64,000 nt of DNA, taken from the NCBI GenBank assembly GCA_021432655.1, contig MU271212.1, positions 1-64,000 on the forward strand, in the 5' to 3' direction. A program made the translations under genes and the position numbers. Below are positions 52,590 through 64,000 of the stretch, piece by piece. Origin of the DNA: Atractiella rhizophila. Its lineage: Eukaryota. The notes under the pieces were generated by a model. It searched no databases and was not told the origin of the DNA. It saw nothing but the letters and a program-made list of their open reading frames with translations. How positions within the stretch are numbered: position 1 is the first letter of the stretch; each line of letters opens with the position of its first letter.

Positions 52590-53090
52590 AGATCCCTAAA
52601 GCTTTCGCTCTTTCTTCTTTTGCCTTTGCGAGACCTTCGATCCCACCTTTCACTGGAATCAGCTCGGCTCTTGCACTCAAGTAACAAACGGAAACTTACC
52701 CACGCTATCGAGCCACTGCTTTCTCCTATACTCCGCCATATCTTCGTACCACTTCTTAACCTCGTTATTCTCCAGCCTCCACCGCAACGCGATCTTCTTT
52801 TGCATCTCCCTCCCATCCGTCGTTGAATATATCTCTGGACTCTGCGAGCGCGAAAGCTCTGAGACGACGTCTGAACGGTAGAGCATGTATGCGGTTGGTG
52901 TGTCCGGTATGCGACGGAGGGGATGATGCCCGTCGTGTGCGATGGAGAGGAGCTGCTGGACGTGCCGTGGCAGTTGGACCCCTTGCGATTGATGTTGTTG
53001 GAGATAGGAACGTGGATGCATCGCCGAAGTCTGAACTTGGACACTCGATTCGCTTTGACTAGAAGCTGTGGAAGCAGCCCCGTTGAACAT
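52590..53090 (-). CDS. Small HMG-box protein
   Basis: RIPDTPTAYMLYRSD...MQKKIALRWRLENNEVKKWYEDMAEYRRK; donor GTAAGT near 52699 leads to a short last exon (end approximate). Confidence 0.78.
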
Positions 53091-53550
53091 GGAATTGAAT
53101 GAGCGACTAAGATGGGAACTGTTTGCACAGAAGCCAACCGTGAGTGCTTAAATGTATACCTGGAAGTTATTGTTTGAGATGGGACGTCAAGAACATGACG
53201 ATCGTGTGTTGTGAAGGAAGAATGGTGACTTGTTCCTGCATTTTTGATTCCATGATCCTGGTGCCTGTGCGTAGTTCGCAAAACGCTCAGCACGTCATTG
53301 TTCTCGCTCACGGATGACTCGTCTACTCTCTTTGTTCTCTTCACGCCCACTTTCAACAGAGCAAACAATCGCCAACGACGTTGTCTGCATTCTTGTTGCT
53401 ATTCTCTGATGACAGTACTACATGGGGCCACCTACTTTCCTTTCATATCCAAGACGCTGGAATAACCGAGTGAACATTGAACATAGAACATATCCAAGTT
53501 GCATTTTTTGACACGGTAAAGTGCACAGGTCTGCCCAATTATGGACGCTC

Positions 53551-55061
53551 CTAGTAATGTTTTCCTGGCGCAGTAGGCAACGAACTACTCAAGCCGCCAT
53601 CGACAGGGAGATGTATTCCGTTGACATACGAACTCTCGTCTTATCCAGCGTCAGTGACATATGTCCAAAATTTGAAAAATAATAATGGCTTACCGCTAGC
53701 CAAAAAGAGGACAGCACCGGCTATCTCCTCTGCAATGCCATACCTCCTGAGAGGGTTCAGCTGTCCTACTTTACCAATCGTGCCGCGTGATCGTGAAGCA
53801 GTGAAGAGCAGCTCCGTCATGCCTGTTTCAATGAGTCCAGGGCAGATGGCGTTTACCTGCTCGTCGATTTTGTCAGACAGCAGAGCGGGAGAAGGAAGAA
53901 CGGTGGAAAAGGCAGGAGGTGGGAGGAGAAGGGAACGCACTCGGATATTCGTTCCTGTCAGATGATTGGCCCCTGTTTGAGCCATGTTGATGACACTGTC
54001 GGCAAGCTCAGTCATTTCATGAGGAGTAGGTTTTGAAACAACATACGCAGATTTTGCAGCGCTATATTCGTATCCTCCAGCTCCACTTCTTATTCCGGCC
54101 ACTACCATACAGTCAGAACAACCGTCACGAACTGATGCAAGCAAACAGAGGTACCCGACGCTGTAAGGATAATGCTTCCACTGGAGCTCTCCTTTCCACT
54201 TCCAAGAACTTGCATTGCCTCAGCAGCGTACTTGGTGGCCAAGAAGACTCTGTACAACCCAAACAACTTCATCAGCCCTGTTTTCGACTGCGCGAGGGAA
54301 AATGGAAGAGCATAGAGAGGAGGGGTATGACGGAGACCCACGACACAACATTGACTTTCAAATTACGCATGAGATCTTCTTCGTTCAAATTTTGTACCAA
54401 CTGTCCACCAACAATAGCTAGCCGCCATTTCGTAAGCGATTGCGGAGGATTGAAAGTGACGAGGTTGGAAGCGTACCAGCATTTGCAAACATGATGTCAA
54501 GCCTTCCTTGCTCTTTCACAGCGCGTTGACATAGTCCCTGGATAGTTTTCTTTTCATCCGATGCGTCACCTTGAATGATTTCCACCTAGTGCACAAAGGC
54601 CTTAAAGTCAGCTAGAAATGAACGGCGATACAAGCCGGAGACGAACCACAACATCCGGATATTTATCCTTAATTTCCTCCTTTGTTTTGGGGAGGTGGGT
54701 CGCATCAAAATCGAGCAAATAAAGAGCCTTGACGCCTAATCACTGACTGAGTTACATTTCATGCTTGCAGAAAGAGGGAACAGACCAGCATGTGCAAACG
54801 CAACGGCCGAGGCTTTGCTGCAGTTGCACAACGTCTTAGTGTTCTTGTACAGACAATATAACTAGAAGCATACCCAATTCCCTTGGGACTCCCAGCCCCT
54901 ATACCACATCAATTTAGCTACTGGTTCATTGAAGAATGGAAGAATGGAGTGAGAGACATACCAGTGATAATGGCAACTTTCCCTGCAAGACGCTGTGACC
55001 GTGGCAAAGACGTCAAATGGTTTTGAATCTGTAGTAATCGTTTGGCTGTCGCTTCTGCCAT
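53551..55061 (-). CDS. Classical short-chain dehydrogenase/reductase (SDR), many exons
   Basis: [18 protein letters not shown], catalytic [24 protein letters not shown]. Confidence 0.9.
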
Positions 55062-56609
55062 TGCTTGTTATTTCTCAGCTATATTTCTGTGTCGTTCTGT
55101 GCCTTGCGAAGTGAAAGGGAGATGGTTTTGAATGCCCGGTCAGCCGGTTCGTTGCCTTACCGAATCAACTTGAATGCTCGTGCTCGCAAAAGGGCCGAAG
55201 CCTCTCGCTCAATTTGGTTGAAGTCATAAAGTCGAAAGAAATCTTCTGCCATTATTCACCCCTTGTTACGCAGCAGGATGGGTGCAGGGATCGACAGAGA
55301 TGGCCATGAAAGGCGCACTATTCATAATTTTACGGCGTCACATTCTCCATTCCACTTGTCTGCCAACTTGCAAATTAACGTTCAATTAGCACGGTCGAGC
55401 TCAATAGTAGCAAGTGCAGATGTTTCTGATTGCGACGACTGACATCTTCCTATCACTTCCATGAACTGCTCTTGTCCAAATATTCGAATAGTGAATCTCG
55501 CTGAAACACTACAGCTGCTTGACAGCTTCTCTTGCGACGCGCTTTAAGGACGGCCTCAATGTCTTTCCGTCCGTACCTTAAGCCTCGTTCAGGTCCGCAA
55601 TCGTTTGTTTATGCCGGAGGCTTTGAATAGCACCAGCCACCCTCGTGTTTTATGACCTGTAGGACGACCGTATAGATGACTGCACATCTGCGTCCGCTTC
55701 TCCTTTCTTCAGTCAGCGGCGGAAAGCTTGATGTTCCCCATTTGCTTGACGAAGAGAAACACCTGGCGACCTTCGATGTTGTTTCCTACATAAGACAAGA
55801 CTACTATTTCAATTCTCTCCCTGCTCTATCACATTCGTGGCACCTACAGGGGCCCAACTTAACCAAATGCCTGCTGTCCTGAGAAATTCACTAGATATAC
55901 CGCACTGCATGAAGTAGATGGGAAAGCTTTGACCATAAAGGTCTACAGGTTACCCCAATTCAACTGATCTGACACTGAGGGCAAATTGATGAAGCACAGC
56001 AAGACTTTCCATCTCCTCCTCTCGACCACTTCAAGGAGCGGAATGCCACTCCCCTCCTTGTTTTTCCCGCTACCAACACTTTTCGGAAAATTCTGTATCG
56101 CTCCTCTCACAGAAGAAACGTTTCCTCCCATAATACCTCACTAGCTCATTCTTAGTAATTCCATGGCTTACTTCCATACATGGACTGCGACAACTCACAG
56201 AAGCTTAGGCAATTCTCTCACTGGTACACATATTGGTTCTCCGCTGAAATTAGGTCTACCCTGAGATTAAATACCAGGAGCGGTAACCAAAATGTTCAAG
56301 GGACATGGCGAATTTGCGGCTGAAACTGAGGTGAGGATGTGAATTGGAAGTCAGGGAAATCAAAGACATGGGTCAGGCTTAGAGAGGTGGAAAGTGGGGA
56401 AACCGTGGTGTGTTTTTTAAATCTTCCCTCTTCGGAAACTGAAACGTATCCAGCTACCGCTATGTTGCGAAGAACTGAACGTCAGGATGTTCTGTAATTT
56501 GTTAAACAAGCGACAAACTTTGGCCCATGAAACGCATGAAAGTTGGATAAACTTCAACTACGTTGCATGTCTGACGCCATCAAATCTTTGTGCTGATATT
56601 AGCTGATAC

Positions 56610-57910
56610 CTGAAGGCTACGTTCCTTTGGATGGGAACAATTTTGTTGCAAAATGATAACCTTCCGCTTGAGGTCAGCCAGCGCTCTGGATGCTGCGCCA
56701 GAGAGGTTGGACGACGAGAACGACGCAGAAGTAATAGTGAGAAAAGCAATGTGAGGAGTAGGCATATCTCTTAACTTATGCCTCGAGCGAGGAATATCAC
56801 ACGACGCAGCTCTCCAATACCATCAAAGCCGAAAGAATCCATCATTTCGTCGGCTTTGGATGCATCAATTATTGGGAATAGGTGACGAAGGTATGAAGTC
56901 TACATTTGTCTAAACGTAGGTGGTCGTAGACTGAGTGGATTATAGGCGCCAGATTAATCTTAGCTACACTCATAAGCAAAAAGTGGCCCGTTTTTGTTGT
57001 CGGGGAATCGAAAAACCGCTCTCTATCGCTTGCGCTGGCTTTGATTGGTCAAGATTTCAACCAGATCTTTTCATCTCGGAAGTCTTACCTCAACGAAATG
57101 ACTGTCCCCAGCTTGCAGCTCTCGCTACAAGCCCTTCGAACATTTCGAGACAAGTCGCTTCACCAGTTAAGCCAGCGAGCCATTGTACTTGGTAGTCAGT
57201 CGATTGCTGATCTAGCCAAGTTACACGAAAGAGTTTTGTTGCATCTCGAGTCGACGTCTCTGAACTCGATAATACCAATATTCGAACATCAATACCTCAT
57301 GAAAGCGGATGCAACGACTCTGGATACCGTCTACTTGCCTCATCACTGGATTAAAGACCTGATCTCTACTTTTGTACCTCTCAAGGTCGTTTTCTTCAAT
57401 TGCCCATGGGTGATTGACAGGCAGGAACTCGAATGGGGTTACTCCACTCCTCTGTTGATTGAAGGCTTTATAAGCACTCTTTCCAGGAAGCAATTTCCTG
57501 GAGATCTAATCTTGCTTGGTCTGTTGAACCCCAACTGCAACACGATAAAGCAATTGGTCACGAGGAATAAGAGGAGTCTGAATCGAACCTCTAAGGGGCA
57601 GCCTATGGAGAAAGGTTATACGGAAGCCAGTTTGAAGACCCTTATTGAGAGGAATCATTATCAACTTGCTGGAATCTCCAAGAACTTCATGTTCATTTGC
57701 ATGCTTTTTGGATATCAACATGGATCCGACAATGAGGATATTGACAAAGCCGGTCAATTTCGAGAAAAAATCAGGTTCGAACATCAGGTGTGGATATTGG
57801 TATGCTCCTACATCCTGCGGCATTGCCATCTCATAATAGAATCTTCATAGGAAAAGAAGGAGGAAAAAGTGACAAACTTCGGCGAGGAAAGTTTCGTCAA
57901 GGCAGTGTGA
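56610..57910 (+). CDS. Divergent BMT5-like (DUF2431) SAM methyltransferase-domain protein, paralog 1; 5' end unresolved, in-frame TGA at 56752
   Basis: After intron ~56891-56946 the frame reads VFVVGESKNRSLSLALA, then ADATTL, FFNCPW, LLIEGFI, FGYQH, matching the BMT5 pattern VGEGNFSFSLAL / VDAT.L / IFNFPH / PGY.H. Confidence 0.6.
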
Positions 57911-58533
57911 TCTCGCGTAAATTGAAAGTGTCAATGAAATGTTAATGGAAATTTTGTTTCGAGTCGCTCAACTAGCCTCGTGGTTCTTTGAAGAGCAGGG
58001 TGGCCATAGATCTTTGGCAGAAGTGACTGCTTATTAGACCCAGTCAAAGCTAGTTCTGCATTGCTAAGCTGGTGAGTACCGTCAGAAGCGTCCTCAGTTA
58101 TCAGCTTCGTGAGAGATAGCCTGAACCTGATCTTGCAAATTGGTAAATCATTGGTACAAGCTCATGCTTCGAGGACAATAATTGAAGTTCCAGAAATGGC
58201 ATAGAGAAAGGAGAGCTGTCAATATGTCAATGTCTGTTTGTCTCCCATTGTGGCGCTAACTCGTCGTTTGCGTCGCTGTTGGACAAGAAAAGGGACCCCA
58301 GACAACCATTCCTTCTGTGTGTTTTCCTCGATAACCTATAAACATGTCAAATACGAATGCAAATGTTTCACCGTTAAACACGCTTTCGGACCTAGGAGTG
58401 GCATTGCTCTACGATAATTCAGCATCAAGCCTGGGCAGTCAGTATTGGGGAAGACAACGAATAAAAGAGAAAGTTCATTGAGTCCTTGGAGGCAGGTTGG
58501 TGAAGAATCCTGAGGGTGTTTAGGTTCTGAAAG

Positions 58534-59364
58534 TCGCGTATAGCTGATAGACACCTTTTTGACGAGCTGGTCTTCCGCCGCACTCCAACTCTCTTTTTAG
58601 GAGAATCCGAAGGACGTTTACTACCGTTAGCGATCGCGCACATGCGGGCGTGCTTCGAATCTCAAGGCTCCCTGAAGCTTCTTGATGGCATGTTTGTTTC
58701 ACGAGAGCCTAATGCCCGCCAGAAGGAAACGTGGAAAAGCCTGAGGGATCGAATGGTAGGCTTAAGGGAGAAACGATGTGTTATACCGGGACAAAACTCT
58801 TCTCAGATAACGGTTGAGATGTGGGAAGCTGCAAGCGAAGCGGTGATTGACCGCTTGGAAGAAGAGGAGGAGGGAGGAGCAACAACAACCGATGGAACCG
58901 ATAATTTCAGCGAACTGGACCATTTCAACCAGCATTTCTTTTACGAAGTGGACGCAACCAAACTTGAACAGTCCCCCCAAGCAATAAAGTCGATTCTAAA
59001 TGGCCTCGACCTCTTTTTCAACTTTCCGTGGAGTTCTCATCGTCACCCAGAAGATCTCATTCGCGAAACACTTCGGTCCGCAAATACAGTTCAATCACCT
59101 GGTAGCCATTTCTATCTTGGAATCCTGAACCCCTGCGGCCAGTATATGAGAACCAAAATTGGAAAGCGCTACACTGAGGCGGGGATCAAAATGGCTATCG
59201 AGCATCACGGGTATGAGCTAATAGAAGTAGCCACATCCTTTGTGCGAATCGCAATGTCGTTTGGCTATCAACATCACTCCGACATCAAGGATCTATGGCC
59301 AAGCACTGTCAAGGATGAGGGTCAAATATGGATCTTGAGACGCAAGGATGATGACAACAGGTGA
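58534..59364 (+). CDS. Divergent BMT5-like (DUF2431) SAM methyltransferase-domain protein, paralog 2; first exon unresolved
   Basis: LFLGESEGRLLPLAIA lies in frame just upstream of ORF 58642; then VDATKL, FFNFPW, DLIRETLRSA, FGYQH. Shares LG(L/I)LNP, YTEA and Q(V/I)WIL with paralog 1. Confidence 0.65.
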   Translation, partial: SRIADRHLFDELVFRRTPTLFLGESEGRLLPLAIAHMRACFESQGSLKLLDGMFVSREPNARQKETWKSLRDRMVGLREKRCVIPGQNSSQITVEMWEAASEAVIDRLEEEEEGGATTTDGTDNFSELDHFNQHFFYEVDATKLEQSPQAIKSILNGLDLFFNFPWSSHRHPEDLIRETLRSANTVQSPGSHFYLGILNPCGQYMRTKIGKRYTEAGIKMAIEHHGYELIEVATSFVRIAMSFGYQHHSDIKDLWPSTVKDEGQIWILRRKDDDNR

Positions 59365-60313
59365 GTTGACGTGATTATTCTCATTATGAATTTAAAAAGC
59401 TTGGGACAGCGACTAAAGCAATAACAACGACAGTGACAGTAGTTGGTTGTGGAAGTGTTGGTGTCACTCTCTTCCGGCCATCCGAAACTAACGTTTACCA
59501 ACAACAGGACCGGCGACCCGTTGCACAAGATGAACCAGACCCATCTATGTGCCGATTTTAGGAAGAAGGTGTATCAACAAGCTTTCAACGTGTGAAGAAG
59601 TGAAACAACGAATTGATTATTCAAAGAATATTTCCCTGCTGGAAATAGTAAACTGTATCTGTATGTGTATGAAAAGCACGGTTCTCCTCTGCTTCTGAAT
59701 GTAAGGTTATAATGAGACATCATAGCCTGCAAGTAAACGCCAATGGAACTATGTAGTTTGAGCAGAACCATGAGATTGAGCAATGCATTGGTGGAGATCT
59801 GTGATAGTCATGAAGGATTCTTCGAGGTAAAACTCTTTACAGAGCGGTTGATTGCTGGAGATGCAAGCGTTTGAAAACACTGCACCTCGTGTCGACAGGC
59901 AGACAACAGGTGGTAATTCGCGATCTTATCAGCAAGGGAAACACACGTCAGCCGTGAACACAAAATAAAACAGGCTCTCAGCTGCCTAATACTAGTACTG
60001 CGTAAGGAATCTCGCGGAAACTACCACTCACCTGAACGACACAGCTTTCCAACAACGCTACAACTTGATTCGGTCTGCCTTATATCATGTCTTCCTCCTA
60101 AAACTAGTCCTTAAAACTAGACCTAAAATCCGTATTTTGGAGTGGCTTCGATTTTTGTCGATTGATTTGTTTCCAAGAACCCAGATGGAAGGCCCAAAGT
60201 CGAAACCTTAGAATTGTGTGGCAAGAAGCAGGTTGACTCCCGCAAGTTCAAGCATTTAATAAATAACTTTTTTTCGTTGGGGAAAGTTGCAGTGCCAACT
60301 ATTCAGCTACAAA

Positions 60314-62513
60314 ATGACAGAAGCACTGACGAATGGGCATTGTGAAAACTCGCAAGATGGCTGGTCGCGCCCCTCCGCGAAATCCTCGCGAACTGGAGTC
60401 TGCTCGCCTTCATGGAAGCCTTCTGTACCTTCGCATCTTTACGAGCGCCTTCCGCGTGCGTGTGCATGAAATTTCTTTCTATCTACATGCTGATTGAGGT
60501 GCAGAACATCACCTCGCTTCTTCGGAAGGAAGTGCAGAACCTAAGCCACTGTACCTTCCTCTTATCCTCACCTCTTCAGTCTACTCCCTCCCCAACCTTC
60601 CCACTCCGTCTGGGACACCTTTAACGCCAGCAATCAACTTATCCAAAAGACTAGGATGCAAGGTCCTCCTCAAGAGAGAGAATTTGATGGGTGGAATATT
60701 CAGTTTCAAGTGTCGCGGAGCCTGGAACTTTATGAAAAATTCACTTTCCGAAGAGGAGAGGTGGAAAGGCGTCGTAGCGTGCAGTGCTGGTGTGTGTTGC
60801 CCATTCATTCATTCTTGTTCAATGCTTTCAAATTTCACCAGAGCGATGAACCCTGCATAATATTGCAAGTGTGTTTGCATTTGAAGTCGGCATGCCTTCT
60901 GACACTCATTGTGACAGGAAACCACGCTCAAGGCGTCGCTCTATCCTGCCGTTCTCTCTCCATCTCTTCAACAATCGTCATGCCTCTAGGAACACCGAGC
61001 ATCAAATACCTAACAGTCGAGTCTCTCGGTTCGAAGGTTGTTCTACACGGGAACGACTTTGATGCAGCGAAAGCAGAGTGCGCACGTCTCCAGAAGCTAC
61101 ACGGCTTACGAAACGTTCCCCCGTACGATGATCCCCACGTAATCGCTGGCGCTGGGACTGTAGGGATGGAGATCCTCCGACAGACTGACGCAGGAGATTT
61201 GGACGCTATCTTCGTCGCTGTTGGCGGTGGAGGTTTGTTGGCTGGAGTATGCGCTTATGTGAAGGCTGTCGCGCCGCCGGGGGTGAAGGTGATCGGCGTG
61301 GAGACGTATGATGGAGATGCTCTATCGAGGAGTTTGTGGAAGGGAGAGAGGGTCACTCTTGAAGAAGTCGGGTTGTTTTCGGACGGGACAGCCGTGAAAG
61401 TCGTCGGTGAGGAGACATTTAGAATCTGTGCTGAGGAGGGAGGTGTGGATGAGGTCGTCCTGGTTACCAATGATGAGATATGTGCGGCCATCAAGGACGC
61501 TTTTGAAGGTATCCATCTTTCTACTCCCTCCTCATCAAGTGGACTGACAAAATATATCGTCCAGATACTCGTTCAGTTCCCGAGCCCGCTGGGGCGGTGG
61601 CACTGGCTGGCATGAAGAAGTATATTTACACGAACCAGCTCCTTCATTCAGAGAAGAAATTTGTAGCCATCATCTCGGGTGCTAATATGAACTTCTCCCG
61701 ATTACGCTTCGTTGCCGATCGCGCTGAGATGGGTGAGAAGAAGGAGGTGCTATTGAGCGTCGTGATACCGGAGAAACCGGGATCGTACGTCTCTTCTTTC
61801 CTTCTTCCTTGCAATCTTTGGCTGATGGACATGGTGAAGTTTTCTCAAGCTCTGTCGACATGTTCATCCACGACCAGTGACAGAATTCATATATAGATAT
61901 TCCTCTGCTCGACGTGCCACAATCTTCATTTCTTTCACCATCTCCCTCCGCGCACCACCAACAACAGATCAGACGCCCCAAGCAACCGCAACATTAACAC
62001 CTGACGATTTGCGAGCCCAGCAGGTGGCGGCGATAATGACAGGGATGAGAGCCGACGGGTTTAAGGCGAGGGATATAACGGATAACGAGATGGCGAAGAG
62101 CCACGCAAGGTTTCTTATTGGAGGTAGTGGTCCAAAGGGAGGAATGCCGGAACGCATCTTCAGCTTCTCGTTCCCTGAGCGACCGGGAAGTTTGGAGGCT
62201 TTCTTGGAAGGATTGAGATTTGGGTGGAACATCAGTCTGTTCCATTATAGGAATCATGGTGGCGGTTCGTTTCCTTCCATCTGTCTCTCTGGAACCAGTC
62301 GAAACTGATTGATTACTGGAAGACATGGGAAAGGTGCTTGCTGGTATTCAAGTGCCACGAGAAGAGAATGGGTTACTAGACGAGTATTTATTGAAACTCA
62401 ACTATCCATTTGTAGAAGAGACCGATAATCCGGTATACAAAGAATTTTTGGGCGATACAGAATGGGAGTCGTTGACCGATGGTGATGGAGACGCAAAAGC
62501 AAATGGGGTATAA
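60314..62513 (+). CDS. ILV1: Biosynthetic threonine dehydratase (threonine ammonia-lyase)
   Basis: [14 protein letters not shown] (PLP lysine), [30 protein letters not shown] and two C-terminal regulatory repeats ([23 protein letters not shown]). Confidence 0.95.
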
Positions 62514-62632
62514 TGGGGTATAAACAGCAGTTCCAATTTGTTTGTTTGTTTGTTCTAGAATACGTGCCTTGTACACCACCAGTAATTACCATTGCTTTAT
62601 AGCCTCCTACATCTCTCCCGTCGCATTCGCGC

Positions 62633-64000
62633 TCACTTCAACTCCTTAGGGTACCCTTCTGCATTCAACAATCCAGCGCTAGCTGAAAGGACTCGCGGTC
62701 CCGTTCCGACCTTTGTCTTGATAACTCTGCTGACAGCATTTTTCTCCTGCACTGGCACAACCTGTTCGAATCCCTCCAGCAAGGTGCCAGCGCCTCGTCC
62801 CTCACCAGGGAAGAACTTCTCGACGGCGGCGAAGACCGTATCGACGTCCTTCTCAAGCGTATAAAGCACCGCGTTTGGACCAGCGTCGAAAGTATAAGCG
62901 GCAACTGATCGTCCTGCGACGCGATTCAGCTCGTGTACCACCTTGATGATGGCTCTCGAAACGTCGTTCATGTAGAAAATAGGAGGCCAAGTATCGAGAC
63001 AGACGGCGTGGAAATCGTTCGAATCTCTCATCGTCACCTCTGCAAACGTCTCGAAATCTCTCTCCTTTATCGCCCGCTTCATGATCTCCATTCGCTCGGG
63101 AACAACCTTCTCAATCCGATGTTGAATCAGAGGAGACGTTTCAACTGTCTTCTGCATCCCCACGGTGGATCCGACGCCTTTCTTGGCGTCCGAGACGACG
63201 AGGATGAGGGCACGCATTTCCGGCCAATATTCCTCATTTGCAACCTGAACAGCGATGGAATCCTCTCCATCTTCCCGCGCACCCATTTCCCATGCAACGT
63301 AACCTCCAAAGACAGAGCGGCAGGCAGAGCCTGATCCGAGACGCGCTATGCGAGAGAGGGAGGAGAGAGAAAAGTTGGAAGTTGGTGGGGCGACAGAATT
63401 GGGATCAGGAGTTAGCTCGTAGAGGACGGAGATGGTGTATGAGAGTGCAGCGAAGCCGGAGGCGGATGAAGCAAGGCCAGCGGCTGTCGGGAAGTTGTTC
63501 TTCGAGCAGATATGAAGCGTTAGGTCGCTTAATTTCTACGAGACATCGATATCGATCAGTAATTATCACAGTTAACACGAGATATTGGGTGGACAGAGGG
63601 TCTGAACTGTGCAGCTCGTGGACCATTGCAGAATCTTGTAGGGCTCCTCAGCTGCCGGTAATGCATCCTTGCCATACCCAGTCTTTGAGATCAAGAACAA
63701 GCGATGTAAATTTAAGGAACCGCAGGGTGTTAAAACGACAAGAAAGCACCCCAAACCAGATCTACACGCTCAACAGCAACGAAACTCACTTCGAGATCTT
63801 TGTTCGCATCTTCTAACTTCTTTCTCTCCTCCCTTAACCACTCCAAGCACTTTCTCGTTCTGCCAGTGATTCCTTCTTCAGCCCCATTTAACCACAACTT
63901 ATCCCCTCCGTCCCACTTCCCAACCCTAGCTGTAGTCGTGGACGCCAGATCATCGACCGATAAAGTGACGGATAAGGAAGAGTTGGTGGGCAAATTCAAG
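62633..64000 (-). CDS. MVD1: Diphosphomevalonate decarboxylase; 5' end lies beyond the window
   Basis: NLPTNSSLSVTL, NNFPTAAGLASSASGFAAL, GSGSACRSVFGG, HAVCLDTWPPIFY, AYTFDAGPNAV. Confidence 0.96.

Noticed and set aside
52547..53368. 273-aa ORF overlapping the second HMG gene
   Set aside because: Alternative frame without motifs; the HMG frame explains the region.
55560..56340. Exon-like sequence upstream of BMT5-like paralog 1
   Set aside because: Multiple stops and no recognisable domain; could be decayed 5' exons but cannot be supported.

Overview
Eukaryotic, intron-rich fungal DNA, most likely a basidiomycete (about 50-60 nt GT-AG introns with CTRAC branch sites; typical TE families). 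From 1-22.3 kb there are two copies of a block holding an atypical protein-kinase-fold gene plus a downstream segment, meeting at an N gap (18226-18250). Copy 1 is split by a ~12 kb TE nest: a Copia gag remnant with LTR, an inverted solo LTR, a degenerate self-priming-type chromovirus with an antisense spliced Cys-cluster gene, a Copia RT/RNaseH remnant with LTR, and a non-autonomous hAT with an 8-bp TSD. From 22.8-32.1 kb: O-methyltransferase, acidic protein, JMJD5-like JmjC protein and an MFS transporter. From 32.7-41.6 kb: an apparently complete CACTA/EnSpm-type DNA transposon with CCC ends, 4-bp TSD and a divergent partner gene. From 42-64 kb: two HMG-box genes, a stand-alone Yvh1/DUSP12 zinc domain gene, two AIF/AMID oxidoreductases, a mitochondrial PP2C, an SDR, two divergent BMT5-like methyltransferases, ILV1 and a partial MVD1. 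Exon boundaries were read by eye and are approximate; no database searches were run.
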